Below, in pieces: positions 1 to 20,084 of a DNA stretch of 64,000 nt. The translations under genes were made by a program, and so were the position numbers. Under the pieces are notes generated by a model. It was not told where the DNA came from. It was given only the letters and a program-made list of their open reading frames with translations, and searched no databases. How positions within the stretch are numbered: the stretch's first letter is position 1; each line of letters starts with the position of its first letter. This DNA comes from Candidatus Eiseniibacteriota bacterium (GTDB taxonomy: Bacteria > Eisenbacteria > RBG-16-71-46). The stretch lies in the NCBI GenBank assembly GCA_963744995.1, contig CAVUWA010000002.1, positions 576,001-640,000 of the forward strand, read 5' to 3'.

Positions 1-1
1 G

Positions 2-103
2 ATCGCTCCGATGACGACGTTCCTCGGCGCGCTGGAAGCGACGCTGCGACTTCCCGCGACGATGGCGGACGTGCTCGCGCAGGAACGGCAGAAGGGCGGA
101 TGA
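2..103 (+). CDS. rplJ: 50S ribosomal protein L10, C-terminal fragment (truncated by window start)
   Basis: Open frame IAPMTTFLGALEATLRLPATMADVLAQERQKGG* resembles the L10 C-terminal helix and lies directly upstream of rplL. Confidence 0.8.
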   Translation: MAPMTTFLGALEATLRLPATMADVLAQERQKGG

Positions 104-205
104 CGCCGCGTCGGCGGAACGCCGGCTGGACGTCGGGAAACGCCCGGCGCCGAAACGATTTCGAAGAACCCGTAGCCATCCACACATAGAGAAGGAGAAG
201 ACCCC

Positions 206-583
206 ATGTCCACGGCGGTCGACCAGGTCCTTGACCTGATTGAGAAGATGACGGTGCTCGAGCTGTCCGAGCTCAAGACGAAGTACGAAGACAAGTTCGG
301 CGTGACCGCCGCGGCCCCGATGATGGCGATGCCGATGGGCGGCATGGGTGGCGCCGCCGTCGCCGAAGAGAAGACCGAGTTCGACGTCATTCTCACGGGG
401 GCCGGTGACAAGAAGATCCAGGTCATCAAGGTCGTGCGCGAGCTCACGGGTCTGGGCCTCAAGGAGGCGAAGGACCTCGTCGACGGTGCGCCCAAGCCCG
501 TCAAGGAGAAGGTGAGCAAGGCCGAGGCCGACGAGCTCAAAGCGAAGCTCGAGGAGCAGGGCGCCGCTGTCGAGATCAAGTAG
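206..583 (+). CDS. rplL: 50S ribosomal protein L7/L12
   Basis: [34 protein letters not shown] motifs; SD AAGGAG upstream. Confidence 0.99.
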   Translation: MSTAVDQVLDLIEKMTVLELSELKTKYEDKFGVTAAAPMMAMPMGGMGGAAVAEEKTEFDVILTGAGDKKIQVIKVVRELTGLGLKEAKDLVDGAPKPVKEKVSKAEADELKAKLEEQGAAVEIK

Positions 584-706
584 GCCACGATTGAACCGAA
601 TTGCCGTACGCGGCACCGGCGCCGGACCCGTCGTCCACGACGGGCTCCGGCCGTCCGTGCTGCCTCTGCGCCTTCGCATTCCCCTTTCCAGAGAGGCGGG
701 AAGGCC

Positions 707-4576
<3,870 letters not shown>

Positions 4577-4635
4577 CGAACTCAGCGCGCATTCCCGCGC
4601 CGCCGCTGGGCGCGGGTTACCCGAAGGAGAGTCGA

Positions 4636-8882
<4,247 letters not shown>

Positions 8883-8886
<4 letters not shown>

Positions 8887-8911
8887 CAACGAAAGATCAA
8901 GAGACTAGATT
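8883..8911 (+). promoter_or_regulatory. Sigma-70-type promoter of the str operon
   Basis: TTGACA (8883-8888), 17 nt spacer, TAGATT (8906-8911); about 100 nt upstream of rpsL. Confidence 0.8.
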
Positions 8912-9010
8912 GCCCGGTCTGCGCGGCAACGGCGCATGCTTTTCCCACAAGGATGCCGTAGCCTGCCTGACCGCGCAATCCCTTTGGTTACATGTCGTTG
9001 GAGGTTTTCC

Positions 9011-9379
9011 GTGCCGACTCTGAGCCAGCTCATCCGCCATGGGCGGCGGCGTGAAAAGGTGAAGACGGGCGCCCCGGCGCTCAAGGCGTGCCCGCAGAAG
9101 CGGGGCGTGTGCACTCGCGTGTACACCACCACGCCGAAGAAGCCGAACTCGGCGCTCCGCAAGGTCGCGCGCGTGAGACTGACCAACCACATCGAGGTAA
9201 CCGCGTACATTCCGGGCGAGGGACACAACCTCCAGGAGCACTCGATCGTGCTCATTCGCGGGGGTCGTGTGAAGGACCTCCCCGGCGTCCGCTACCACAT
9301 CGTTCGCGGGACGCTCGACGCGAGCGGGGTGGACGGGCGAAAGCAGAGCCGTTCCAAGTACGGAACGAAGTCAAAGTAA
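9011..9379 (+). CDS. rpsL: 30S ribosomal protein S12
   Basis: [27 protein letters not shown] start after GGAGG. Confidence 0.99.
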   Translation: MPTLSQLIRHGRRREKVKTGAPALKACPQKRGVCTRVYTTTPKKPNSALRKVARVRLTNHIEVTAYIPGEGHNLQEHSIVLIRGGRVKDLPGVRYHIVRGTLDASGVDGRKQSRSKYGTKSK

Positions 9380-9477
9380 GGTCGTCATGAGCGCATGCGG
9401 CTGCCCGCAGGGGCCGTCGTGTGCGCGTCTGGCCGTCTCCGGCTGAACCGGAGCGCCGCTCGAGAGGACACACGAGT

Positions 9478-9948
9478 ATGCCTCGCAAAGGCCTGGTTTC
9501 CCGGCGCGAAACGCTGCCGGATGCCATGTACGACAGCGTGCTGGTGACGCGTTTCCTGAACTCCATCATGGTGTCCGGGAATCGGTCGGTCGCCGAACGC
9601 TCTTTCTACGGGGCGATGAAGCTGGTCGAGGAGAGAACCGGGCAGGATGCCATGACGGTTCTCAAGCAGGCGATGAACAACGTGAAGCCTGCTCTCGAAG
9701 TGAAATCCCGCCGGGTCGGTGGTGCGAACTATCAGGTTCCGGTCGAAGTCCGGCCGGAGCGCCGGAACGCGCTCGCGACGCGCTGGATCATCGGGTTCGC
9801 CCGGCAGCGCGCCGACAAGTCGTTCATGGAGAAGTTCGCGAACGAGATCATCGCGGCGTCCCGCAACGAGGGCGGCGCGGTGAAGAAGCGGGAAGACACG
9901 CATCGCATGGCGGACGCGAACAAGGCGTTCGCTCACTATCGCTGGTAG
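9478..9948 (+). CDS. rpsG: 30S ribosomal protein S7
   Basis: MPRKG start, SRRVGGANYQVP, ANKAFAHYRW end. Confidence 0.99.
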   Translation: MPRKGLVSRRETLPDAMYDSVLVTRFLNSIMVSGNRSVAERSFYGAMKLVEERTGQDAMTVLKQAMNNVKPALEVKSRRVGGANYQVPVEVRPERRNALATRWIIGFARQRADKSFMEKFANEIIAASRNEGGAVKKREDTHRMADANKAFAHYRW

Positions 9949-10131
9949 CCCACCGGCGGACATAAGGCCGGACTTCGAGCCGGCCTGGACGGACTGCGGG
10001 CCCACGCGGACCCGGGAACGTCTTCGCGTCGCCAGGTGGATCGAGATTCATCACCGCGCTTTCTACGACGGAAAGGCAGGTGGTGCTCCGAAACAGTCAG
10101 ACTCATTCATACGAGAGGTTGGCGAACGCTG

Positions 10132-12210
10132 ATGCCACGGCAGACTGCGCTCGATAAGTATCGAAATATCGGCATTATGGCCCATATCGACGCCGGCAAG
10201 ACCACCTTGACCGAGCGTATCCTGTTCTATACGGGTCGCATCCATCGCACGGGCGAGGTGCACGAAGGCGCCGCCACGATGGACTGGATGGAGCAGGAGC
10301 GGGAACGCGGCATCACGATCACCTCCGCCGCGACGACCGCGATCTGGCGCGACCACCGCGTCAACATCATCGATACTCCCGGACACGTGGACTTCACCGT
10401 CGAAGTCGAGCGCTCGCTGCGCATCCTCGACGGCGCGGTCGCCGTGTTCTGCGCCGTGGGCGGCGTCGAGCCCCAGTCCGAAACGGTCTGGCGCCAGGCC
10501 GACAAGTACAAGGTCCCGCGTATCGCGTTCGTCAACAAGATGGATCGCGTGGGCGCCGATTACGACAACGTGCTCCGCATGATGCGCGAGCGACTCGGCG
10601 CCAAGCCGGTGGCGATCTACCTGCCGATGTTCGTCGGCGATGCCTACACCGGCATCATCGACCTGGTCGACATGGTCGCGGTCACCTATCACGAAGAGAG
10701 CCAGGGCACGACCTTCGCGCGCGGCGAGATCCCGCGCGACATGACCGACAGGGCCAACGAGGAGCGTCACCGGCTGCTCGAGTCGGTCGCCGAGTACGAC
10801 GAGCAGCTCCTCGACGACTACCTGCACGAGCGGCCGTACACCTCCGCCGATCTGCGCCGCGCGCTGCGCGCCGGGACGCTGGGCGGTCACATCACGCCGG
10901 TGCTGTGCGGCTCGGCGTTCAAGAACAAGGGCGTTCAGGGTCTGCTCGACGCCGTGGTGGACTTCCTGCCTTCGCCGGTGGAAGTGCCGCCGATCGAGGG
11001 CCACGACCTGCAGAGCTTCGAGCACGTCACCCGCAAGTCGGCCGATGACGAGCCGTTCGCCGCGCTCGCGTTCAAGATCATGACCGACCCGTACGTCGGC
11101 AAGCTGACCTTCTTCCGCGTGTACTCGGGCACGGTCAAGACCGGCGATCAGGTGCTGAACGCGGCGACCGGCAACAAGGAGCGCATCGGTCGACTGGTAC
11201 AGATGCACGCGAACAAGCGCGAAGAAGTGAAGGAAGTCTACGCGGGCGACATCGCGGCCGGCATCGGCTTCAAGCGGGTGACGACCGGGAACACGCTCTG
11301 CGATCCGGAATACCCGCTCGCGCTCGAGGCGATGCATTTCCCCGAGCCGGTCGTGGACGTGGCCATCGAGCCGAAGTCGAAGGTCGACGAAGAACGCATG
11401 TCGACCGCGCTGCAGCGGCTGTCGGAGGAAGACCCGACGTTCCGCGTGCGCACCGACGACGAGACCAACCAGACGATCATCTCCGGGATGGGCGAGTTGC
11501 ACCTCGAGATCCTGGTCGACCGCATGCTGCGCGAATTCAACGTGCAGGCGAACGTCGGCAAGCCGCAGGTGGCCTATCGCGAGACCATCACGAACCCCGC
11601 CGAGCAGCGTCACCGCTTCGTGCGGCAGACGGGCGGCAAGGGCATGTTCGCGGACGTTCAGATCAAGATCGAGCCGCAGGAACCGGGCAAGGGCTTCGAG
11701 TTCATCAACGACATCAAGGGCGGCACGATTCCCAAGGAGTACATCCCCTCGGTCGAGAAGGGGATCGAAGAGGCGCTGCGGTCCGGCGTCCTCGCCGGCT
11801 ATCCGGTCGTCGACGTCAAGGTCACGTTGTTCGACGGCTCGTACCACGAGGTCGATTCGTCCGAGATGGCGTTCAAGATCGCGGGCTCGATGGCATTCAA
11901 GGAAGCCGTCCGCAAGGCCGGCCCGAAACTGCTCGAGCCGATCATGGACGTCGAAGTCGTCGTGCCCGAGGAATACATGGGTGACATCATCGGGGACCTG
12001 TCGTCACGGCGTGGCCGCATCGGCGGCATGTTCCAGCGCTCCGACGCGCGTGTGATCGCGGCGTCGGTGCCTCTGGCTGAAATGTTCGGGTACGCCACCC
12101 GCATGCGCTCGATTTCCCAGGGCCGTGCGGCGTATTCCATGCAGTTCTCCCGCTACGAAGCCCTGCCGACGTCGGTGGCGGAGGAGATCGTGGCCAAGGC
12201 CAAGGGTTGA
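10132..12210 (+). CDS. fusA: Elongation factor G
   Basis: [27 protein letters not shown]; start placed at ATG 10132 (MPRQ). Confidence 0.99.
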   Translation: MPRQTALDKYRNIGIMAHIDAGKTTLTERILFYTGRIHRTGEVHEGAATMDWMEQERERGITITSAATTAIWRDHRVNIIDTPGHVDFTVEVERSLRILDGAVAVFCAVGGVEPQSETVWRQADKYKVPRIAFVNKMDRVGADYDNVLRMMRERLGAKPVAIYLPMFVGDAYTGIIDLVDMVAVTYHEESQGTTFARGEIPRDMTDRANEERHRLLESVAEYDEQLLDDYLHERPYTSADLRRALRAGTLGGHITPVLCGSAFKNKGVQGLLDAVVDFLPSPVEVPPIEGHDLQSFEHVTRKSADDEPFAALAFKIMTDPYVGKLTFFRVYSGTVKTGDQVLNAATGNKERIGRLVQMHANKREEVKEVYAGDIAAGIGFKRVTTGNTLCDPEYPLALEAMHFPEPVVDVAIEPKSKVDEERMSTALQRLSEEDPTFRVRTDDETNQTIISGMGELHLEILVDRMLREFNVQANVGKPQVAYRETITNPAEQRHRFVRQTGGKGMFADVQIKIEPQEPGKGFEFINDIKGGTIPKEYIPSVEKGIEEALRSGVLAGYPVVDVKVTLFDGSYHEVDSSEMAFKIAGSMAFKEAVRKAGPKLLEPIMDVEVVVPEEYMGDIIGDLSSRRGRIGGMFQRSDARVIAASVPLAEMFGYATRMRSISQGRAAYSMQFSRYEALPTSVAEEIVAKAKG

Positions 12211-12273
12211 TGCGCCGCATCGAGGCGCCGCGGTCCATCGCAATTCCGACGTAGGGACGGAGGAGAAGGTCGT

Positions 12274-13467
<1,194 letters not shown>

Positions 13468-13476
13468 AGGCGCGTC

Positions 13477-13782
13477 ATGCTGCAGAAGATCCGTATCAAA
13501 CTGAAGTCGTACGACCACGCGACGCTCGACCAGTCGGCGTCCGAGATCGTCCGCAGCGCGCGTCGCACCGGCGCCATGACGTCCGGGCCCGTGCCGCTGC
13601 CGACGAAGAAGACGGTCTACACCGTGCTTCGCAGTCCGCACGTCGACAAGAAGTCTCGTGAGCAGTTCGAGATCCGAATCCACAAGCGCCTGATCGAGAT
13701 CACGCGCTCGAGTGCTCAGACGATGGAAGCGCTCGAGAAGCTCGACATCCCGGCCGGCGTCGACATCGAAATCAGGACTTGA
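13477..13782 (+). CDS. rpsJ: 30S ribosomal protein S10
   Basis: [24 protein letters not shown]. Confidence 0.99.
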   Translation: MLQKIRIKLKSYDHATLDQSASEIVRSARRTGAMTSGPVPLPTKKTVYTVLRSPHVDKKSREQFEIRIHKRLIEITRSSAQTMEALEKLDIPAGVDIEIRT

Positions 13783-13856
13783 TCGGGACGTCCGCGAACG
13801 CCGGGCCCGGCCTCGCCGGGCCGGACGGTCTCGCGCTCCCCGGAGGTTCGCAGCGC

Positions 13857-14477
13857 ATGAAGGGCTTGATCGGCAGAAAGGTCGGCATGACCCAGATCTT
13901 CAGCGATCAGGGTGAAGCCGTGCCCGTGACGGTGCTCGAAGTGGGGCCGTGCACGGTGACCGAGCTGCGTACGGAGGCGAAGGACGGCTACAACGCCGTT
14001 CAGCTCGGCTTCGGCACGCAGAAGGAGTCGCGCATGGCGCGGCCGTTCCTCGGCCAGTTCAAGAAGCGCAACCTGGCGCCTTCGCGGGTGCTGCGCGAGT
14101 TCCGGATGGACGACCTCGAGGGTCTGGAGGTCGGACAGAGCCTGAAGGTGGACATCTTCGAGAAGGGCGGCCTGGTGGACGTGATCGGCGTGACGAAGGG
14201 CCGCGGCTTCACCGGCGTGGTCAAGCGTTACGGGTTTTCCGCCGGCCACGCGTCGCACGGTCCGACGCACGGCAAGCAGCCGGGCTCGATCGGCGCGTCG
14301 GCCTATCCTTCACGCGTCATCAAGGGCAAGCGCCTGCCGGGTCGCATGGGTACGGCGCGCTACACCGCGAAGAACCTCGAGGTGATCGGGGTCGACGCCG
14401 AGCAGAACGTTCTCATGGTGAGGGGTGCGGTGCCGGGTCCGACCCGTGGCCTCGTGCTCGTTCACAAGAAAGACTGA
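13857..14477 (+). CDS. rplC: 50S ribosomal protein L3
   Basis: MKGLIGRKVGMTQIF, DGYNAVQLG, KGRGFTGVVKR. Confidence 0.98.
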   Translation: MKGLIGRKVGMTQIFSDQGEAVPVTVLEVGPCTVTELRTEAKDGYNAVQLGFGTQKESRMARPFLGQFKKRNLAPSRVLREFRMDDLEGLEVGQSLKVDIFEKGGLVDVIGVTKGRGFTGVVKRYGFSAGHASHGPTHGKQPGSIGASAYPSRVIKGKRLPGRMGTARYTAKNLEVIGVDAEQNVLMVRGAVPGPTRGLVLVHKKD

Positions 14478-14478
14478 T

Positions 14479-15105
14479 ATGGACGCCAAGCTCTACGCAT
14501 CCGACGGCAGCGAGAAGGGCACCGCCCCGCTCCCCGAGGACCTGTTCGCCCAGCCGGTGAACGAACACCTGCTGTGGCTGTCGGTGAAGCGCCACCTGGG
14601 CAATCAGCGCCAGGGCACGGCGAAGGTGAAGACGCGCGGCGAGGTGTCCGGCGGCGGCCGCAAGCCGTGGCGTCAGAAGGGCACCGGGCGCGCGCGTGCG
14701 GGTTCGAACACGTCGCCGGTGTGGCCGGGCGGCGGTCGCGCGTTCGGGCCGAAGCCGCGCGACTACCGCACGGATCTGCCCGCGAAGCAGCGCCGCGCGG
14801 CGCTGACCTCCGCGCTGTCGCTCAAGGCCAGCGAGAACGCGGTCGTGGTCGTGGAGTCGCTGAAGTTCGACGCGCCGAAGACGAAGACCATGGCGGACGT
14901 GCTGAAGCGCGCGGGCGTCGACGGACGCCGCACGCTGCTCGTGCTCGCCCAGGCCGACCAGAACCTGATCAAGTCGTGCCGCAACATCAAGAACCTGCGC
15001 ACCACGATGGCGCACCAGCTGAACCCCTACGAGCTGCTCGAGTGCGAAAGCGTGCTGATCACCTCGGACGGACTCGCGCGGGTGCAGGAGGTGTTCGCCA
15101 AATGA
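14479..15105 (+). CDS. rplD: 50S ribosomal protein L4
   Basis: KTRGEVSGGGRKPWRQKGTGRARAG. Confidence 0.98.
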   Translation: MDAKLYASDGSEKGTAPLPEDLFAQPVNEHLLWLSVKRHLGNQRQGTAKVKTRGEVSGGGRKPWRQKGTGRARAGSNTSPVWPGGGRAFGPKPRDYRTDLPAKQRRAALTSALSLKASENAVVVVESLKFDAPKTKTMADVLKRAGVDGRRTLLVLAQADQNLIKSCRNIKNLRTTMAHQLNPYELLECESVLITSDGLARVQEVFAK

Positions 15106-15392
15106 GAGACGCACGTTCGCTGGTCAAGAAGGTCCTCATCACCGAGAAGGGCACGGTGCTGCGCGAGAAGCAGAACCAGTACGCCTTCGAAGTGGCGCGG
15201 GACGCGAACAAGATCGAAATCAAGCAGGCCATCGAGAAGATCTTCTCGGTCAAGGTCGCCGAAGTGCGCACCATGCAGATGCACGGCAAGGAAAAGCGCC
15301 AGGGCCGGTCCGCCGGACGGCGCAGCGACTGGAAGAAGGCCATCGTCAAGCTGAAGCCCGATCAGAAGATCGAGCTCTTCGAGCAGATCTAG
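15102..15392 (+). CDS. rplW: 50S ribosomal protein L23
   Basis: [31 protein letters not shown] overlap with rplD. Confidence 0.97.
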   Translation: MRDARSLVKKVLITEKGTVLREKQNQYAFEVARDANKIEIKQAIEKIFSVKVAEVRTMQMHGKEKRQGRSAGRRSDWKKAIVKLKPDQKIELFEQI

Positions 15393-15405
15393 GGGGCGAC
15401 GCACC

Positions 15406-16236
15406 ATGCCGCTCAAGAAATTTCGTCCGATCACGCCGACGCTGCGGCATTCGCAGACCGCGGATCATTCGGACATCACGCGCAGCAAGCCGCTCAAGTC
15501 GCTGACCGAGCGCCGCTACAAGACCGGTGGCCGGAACAACAAGGGTCACATCTCGCAGCGCTGGATCGGCGGCGGCCACAAGCAGCGCATCCGTCTCGTC
15601 GACTTCCTTCGCAACAAGGACGGCGTCCCGGCGCGCGTGGCGAGCATCGAGTACGACCCGAACCGCTCGGCACGCATCGCCCTGCTCAACTACGCCGACG
15701 GCGAACGACGCTACATCCTCGCGCCCGACGGCCTCACGGTGGGCGAGGTGCTGATGTCGGGGCCGGACGCCGAGATCAAGGCGGGCAATTGCATGGCGCT
15801 GAAGCACATTCCGCTCGGCACCAGCCTGCACAACGTCGAGATGTACCCCGGCCGCTCATCGCGCGTCGCGCGTGCGGCCGGTGCCTTCTGCCAGCTGATG
15901 GCGCGCGAGGGCGACTACGCCCAGCTGCGGCTGCCGTCGGGCGAAGTGCGCAGGTTTCACGTCAACTGCCGGGCCGTCATCGGTCAGGTGGGCAATCTGG
16001 ATCACGAGAACATCTCGTACGGGAAGGCGGGCCGGCGGCGCTGGCTCGGCCATCTGCCGCGTGTCCGTGGCGTCGCCATGAACCCCGTCGACCACCCGAT
16101 GGGTGGCGGCGAGGGCAAGACGTCGGGCGGCCGGCACCCGTGTTCGCCGTGGGGCAAGCCCGCAAAGGGCGCGAAGACGCGCAAGCGCAAGCTCAGTGAT
16201 GCGCTCATCGTGCGCCGGCGCAAGAAGAGAGCATAA
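15406..16236 (+). CDS. rplB: 50S ribosomal protein L2
   Basis: [30 protein letters not shown]. Confidence 0.99.
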   Translation: MPLKKFRPITPTLRHSQTADHSDITRSKPLKSLTERRYKTGGRNNKGHISQRWIGGGHKQRIRLVDFLRNKDGVPARVASIEYDPNRSARIALLNYADGERRYILAPDGLTVGEVLMSGPDAEIKAGNCMALKHIPLGTSLHNVEMYPGRSSRVARAAGAFCQLMAREGDYAQLRLPSGEVRRFHVNCRAVIGQVGNLDHENISYGKAGRRRWLGHLPRVRGVAMNPVDHPMGGGEGKTSGGRHPCSPWGKPAKGAKTRKRKLSDALIVRRRKKRA

Positions 16237-16247
16237 GGAGCTGAACG

Positions 16248-16541
16248 ATGGCGCGTTCGATCAAAAAGGGGCCGTACGTCGTCGACTCCCTGGTGCGCAA
16301 GGTCGAGGCCTTGAACCGGAGCGGCGACAAGCGCGTCCTCAAGACGTGGGCCCGACGCTGCACCATTCTGCCGGAGTTCGTCGGCCACACGGTCGCGGTC
16401 CACAACGGCAACAAGTTCATTCCGATCTACGTGACCGAGAACATGGTCGGCCACAAGCTCGGCGAATTCGTCCCGACCCGGATCTTCCGCGGCCACACGC
16501 AGTCGTCCGCGGACAAGACCGCGGCGCCTGGAAAGAAGTAA
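16248..16541 (+). CDS. rpsS: 30S ribosomal protein S19
   Basis: [19 protein letters not shown]. Confidence 0.99.
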   Translation: MARSIKKGPYVVDSLVRKVEALNRSGDKRVLKTWARRCTILPEFVGHTVAVHNGNKFIPIYVTENMVGHKLGEFVPTRIFRGHTQSSADKTAAPGKK

Positions 16542-16545
16542 GGCC

Positions 16546-16887
16546 ATGGAAGCGAGAGCCATTCAGCGTTTCGTGCGCATCACGCCGCGCAAGTGCGGCC
16601 AGGTGCTCGAGATGATCCGCGGCCGGAGCGTCGAAGAGGCGCAGACCGCGTTGCAGTTCACGCCGCGGCAGGCGGCTCGAATCATTCAGAAGGTGCTGAA
16701 GTCGGCAGTGGCGAACGCCCTCCACGAGGGCAAGGTCCGCATGGAGGATCTCGTCGTGAAGGAAGCCGTCGTCGGCGCAGGCCCGACCATGAAGCGCTGG
16801 CTTCCGCGCGCGCAGGGTCGCGCCACTCCGATTCTCAAGCGCACGAGTCACGTGACCGTGACCGTGGCTACGAAGGAGTCGCTCTAA
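16546..16887 (+). CDS. rplV: 50S ribosomal protein L22
   Basis: [22 protein letters not shown]. Confidence 0.98.
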   Translation: MEARAIQRFVRITPRKCGQVLEMIRGRSVEEAQTALQFTPRQAARIIQKVLKSAVANALHEGKVRMEDLVVKEAVVGAGPTMKRWLPRAQGRATPILKRTSHVTVTVATKESL

Positions 16888-17570
16888 TGGGTCAGAAAAC
16901 CCATCCCATCGGTTTCCGGCTCGGCATCGTGAAGACCTGGGACTCGCGCTGGTTCGCCAAGCGCGGGTACGCCGAGATGCTCCAGGAGGATCTGCTGATC
17001 AAGCGGTACCTCAAGAAGCGCCTCTATCAGGCCGGCATCTCCAAGATCACGATCGAGCGCAAGGGCGAGAAGATCACGATCGGCATCAAGACGGCGCGTC
17101 CGGGCCTGGTCATCGGCCGCAAGGGCGAGCAGGTCGACAAGCTGTCGGAGGAAATGCGCCAGCTGACGCAGAAGCAGGTGCAGCTCAACATCGAAGAGAT
17201 CAAGCGGGCCGACCTCGACGCGCAGCTGGTGGCGGAGCACATCGCCAAGCAGCTCGAGCAGCGCGTGTCGTTCCGCCGCGCGATGAAGAAGGCGATCGCA
17301 TCCTCGATGCGCGCCGGCGCCCTGGGGATCCGTATCGCCGCTGCGGGCCGCCTCGGTGGCGCCGAGATGTCGCGCTACGAGACGTACCGCGAGGGGCGCG
17401 TTCCGCTGCACACGCTGCGGGCCGACATCGATTTCGCCCGCGCGACGGCCTACACGCCTTACGGCACCTGCGGCGTGAAGGTCTGGATGTTCCATGGCGA
17501 GGTTCTGGATCGGCAGGCGATCGCGAACGCCGAGCCGGCGCCGTCACGTTCGCCCGGCCGGTCCCGGTAG
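16887..17570 (+). CDS. rpsC: 30S ribosomal protein S3
   Basis: [26 protein letters not shown]. Confidence 0.99.
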   Translation: MGQKTHPIGFRLGIVKTWDSRWFAKRGYAEMLQEDLLIKRYLKKRLYQAGISKITIERKGEKITIGIKTARPGLVIGRKGEQVDKLSEEMRQLTQKQVQLNIEEIKRADLDAQLVAEHIAKQLEQRVSFRRAMKKAIASSMRAGALGIRIAAAGRLGGAEMSRYETYREGRVPLHTLRADIDFARATAYTPYGTCGVKVWMFHGEVLDRQAIANAEPAPSRSPGRSR

Positions 17571-17582
17571 GAGTCACGAATC

Positions 17583-18005
17583 ATGTTGATGCCCAAGCGA
17601 GTCAAGTACCGCAAGCAGCAGCGCGGCCGGATGAACGGGAAGGCGCATCGCGGCTCGGCCGTGACCTTCGGCGAATTCGGCCTGCAGGCGCTCGAGCCGG
17701 CGTGGATCACCAACCGGCAGATCGAGGCCGCGCGTGTCGCCATCACGCGCAGTATCAAGCGCGGCGGCAAGATGTGGATCCGGATCTTCCCGGACAAGCC
17801 GGTCACGAAGAAGCCCGCCGAAACGCGCATGGGCAAGGGCAAGGGCGCGCCGGAGTTCTGGGTCGCGGTCATCAAGCCCGGCCGCATCATGTTCGAGCTG
17901 GAAGGCATTGCGAAGCCGGTGGCACAGGAGGCCATGCGCCTCGGTGCGTCGAAGCTGCCGATTCGTACGCGGTTCGTGGAGCGCCACGAACTGGGAGGGG
18001 ATTGA
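17583..18005 (+). CDS. rplP: 50S ribosomal protein L16
   Basis: [22 protein letters not shown]. Confidence 0.99.
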   Translation: MLMPKRVKYRKQQRGRMNGKAHRGSAVTFGEFGLQALEPAWITNRQIEAARVAITRSIKRGGKMWIRIFPDKPVTKKPAETRMGKGKGAPEFWVAVIKPGRIMFELEGIAKPVAQEAMRLGASKLPIRTRFVERHELGGD

Positions 18006-18007
18006 TC

Positions 18008-18235
18008 GTGGCTCACATCAAGGCGAGCGCCATGCGTGACATGACCGTCGACGAGCTCGAGGTCCGGCTCACGGATCTGCGCGAGGAAATGTTCAACCTG
18101 CGCTTCCGCAACACCATGAAGCAGCTCGACAATCCGCTGAAGATCAGGGAGAGCCGTCGCGAGATGGCACGCCTGCTGACGGTGCTGCGTGAGAAGGAAC
18201 GCGCCGCGCAGTCGAGCGGTCAGGAGAAGTCATGA
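18008..18235 (+). CDS. rpmC: 50S ribosomal protein L29
   Basis: EMFNLRF...[22 protein letters not shown]; position between rplP and rpsQ; GTG start inferred. Confidence 0.95.
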   Translation: MAHIKASAMRDMTVDELEVRLTDLREEMFNLRFRNTMKQLDNPLKIRESRREMARLLTVLREKERAAQSSGQEKS

Positions 18236-18519
18236 CGGAAACGGTGACGACGGAAGCGGGACAGAAGCCCCGCAATCGCAGGAAGGTCCGCACGGGCCGC
18301 GTGGTCAGCGACCGGATGGACAAGACCGCTGTGGTCTCGATCGAGCGGCTGGTCAAGCATCCGGTGTACGGGCGCTACGTGCGCCGCCGCGAGAAGTTCA
18401 AGGTGCACGACGAGCAGAACCAGTGCCACGTCGGCGATCTGATTCGGTTCATGGAAACGCGACGCATGTCGAAGGACAAGCGCTGGCGCCTCGTCGAGGT
18501 GCTGGAGCGCGCGAAATAA
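18232..18519 (+). CDS. rpsQ: 30S ribosomal protein S17
   Basis: [25 protein letters not shown]. Confidence 0.98.
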   Translation: MTETVTTEAGQKPRNRRKVRTGRVVSDRMDKTAVVSIERLVKHPVYGRYVRRREKFKVHDEQNQCHVGDLIRFMETRRMSKDKRWRLVEVLERAK

Positions 18520-18536
18520 CACTGTAGGAGTCGGAC

Positions 18537-18905
18537 ATGATTCAGCTGCGTACCATGGTGACCGTCGCCGACAATTCCGGCGCCAAGCGGGCCCAGTGCA
18601 TCAAGGTCCTCGGCGGACACCACAAGCGTTACGGCCGGCTCGGCGACATCGTCGTCGTGTCCGTGAAGGACGCGATTCCGGGCGCCCAGGTGAAGAAGGG
18701 CGACGTCGCGAAGGCGGTCGTCGTACGCGCCGTGAAGGAAGGCCGCCGCAAGGACGGCTCCTACATCCGCTTCGACGAAAACGCCGTCGTGCTGATCAAC
18801 GACGACAAGGAACCGCGGGGCACCCGTATTTTCGGCCCGGTGGCCCGCGAGCTGCGCGAGAAGGCGTTCATGAAGATCATTTCGCTCGCCCCGGAGGTCC
18901 TCTGA
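18537..18905 (+). CDS. rplN: 50S ribosomal protein L14
   Basis: [27 protein letters not shown]. Confidence 0.99.
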   Translation: MIQLRTMVTVADNSGAKRAQCIKVLGGHHKRYGRLGDIVVVSVKDAIPGAQVKKGDVAKAVVVRAVKEGRRKDGSYIRFDENAVVLINDDKEPRGTRIFGPVARELREKAFMKIISLAPEVL

Positions 18906-19231
18906 TGGCGCGCAAGATCCGCAAGGGCGACACCGTCCAGGTGATCGCCGGCGACGACAAGGGCAAAGTAGGACGCGTGCTCGCCGTCGACCCGGTCAAG
19001 AATCGGATCATCGTCGAGAACGTGAATTTCGTGAAGCGTCACACCAAGGCGCGTCAGCAGGGCATGTCGAGCGGCATCATCGAGAAGGAAGCGCCGCTGC
19101 ACCTGTCGAACGTGCTGCTGTACGACACGAAGCTCCAGCGCGGCGCGCGCACCGGTGTCCGGATGCTTCCGGACGGCGGTCGCGAGCGCGTCTCGCGCGC
19201 GAGTGGCGAGGTACTGACGAAGTCTGACTAG
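18905..19231 (+). CDS. rplX: 50S ribosomal protein L24
   Basis: KIRKGDTVQVIAGDDKGK KOW motif, EAPLHLSNV. Confidence 0.98.
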   Translation: MARKIRKGDTVQVIAGDDKGKVGRVLAVDPVKNRIIVENVNFVKRHTKARQQGMSSGIIEKEAPLHLSNVLLYDTKLQRGARTGVRMLPDGGRERVSRASGEVLTKSD

Positions 19232-19339
19232 GCGCACGCCCCGAGCGCCGCGATGGACGCGGACGGGAGGTGCGGAGCAGCGATCCTGAGGCACCAGGGT
19301 CGATCGGATCGCTGAACGGACCCTGGAGAAGAAGGCGAC

Positions 19340-20032
19340 ATGGCGACGGAACAGAAGACGAAAGCGCCCAAGGGCGACAAGAAGGGTGGCGGCAAGAAGG
19401 CCGGCAGCGGCAAGAAGGACGCCGCGGGCAAGGGCAAGGGCAAGGGCAAGACCGAGGTCGACGCGGGGCGTCCGCGCGGCCCGGCCGTGAAGCCGCGCCT
19501 CGAGACGTTCTATCACGAGACCGTGCGCCCGGCGCTGGTCGAGAAGTTCGGCTACTCGAGCGTCATGCAGGCGCCGCGCTTCGAAAAGATCGTGCTCAAC
19601 ATGGGCGTCGGCGACGCCATCCAGGACCAGAAGCTGCTGGATGCGGCGGCCGGCGAAATGGCCCAGATCGCCGGGCAGAAGCCGGCGATCCGCCGCGCCA
19701 AGAAGGCGATTTCGAACTTCAAGCTGCGCGCCGGCCTCCCGATCGGGTGCGCCGTGACGCTGCGCGGCGCGCGGATGTACGAGTTCTTCGATCGGCTCAT
19801 CAACGTCGCGGTGCCCCGCATTCGCGACTTTCGCGGTCTGAATCCGCGCTCGTTCGACGGGCGCGGCAATTACACGATGGGCCTGACCGAGCAGATCATC
19901 TTTCCGGAGATCAACTACGACCAGGTTCCGAAGGTGCGCGGGATGGACGTCACGATCGTGACGAGCGCGAAGACGGATGAAGAAGGGCGCGAGCTGCTGC
20001 GCCTGATGCGGATGCCCTTCCGGACGCGCTGA
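19340..20032 (+). CDS. rplE: 50S ribosomal protein L5 with Lys/Gly-rich N-terminal extension
   Basis: [33 protein letters not shown]. Confidence 0.98.
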   Translation: MATEQKTKAPKGDKKGGGKKAGSGKKDAAGKGKGKGKTEVDAGRPRGPAVKPRLETFYHETVRPALVEKFGYSSVMQAPRFEKIVLNMGVGDAIQDQKLLDAAAGEMAQIAGQKPAIRRAKKAISNFKLRAGLPIGCAVTLRGARMYEFFDRLINVAVPRIRDFRGLNPRSFDGRGNYTMGLTEQIIFPEINYDQVPKVRGMDVTIVTSAKTDEEGRELLRLMRMPFRTR

Positions 20033-20084
20033 AGCGTCCGGCGGCCCGCGCCCGCGTGCGCGGTGCCCAAGCGTTGGAGGAAGC

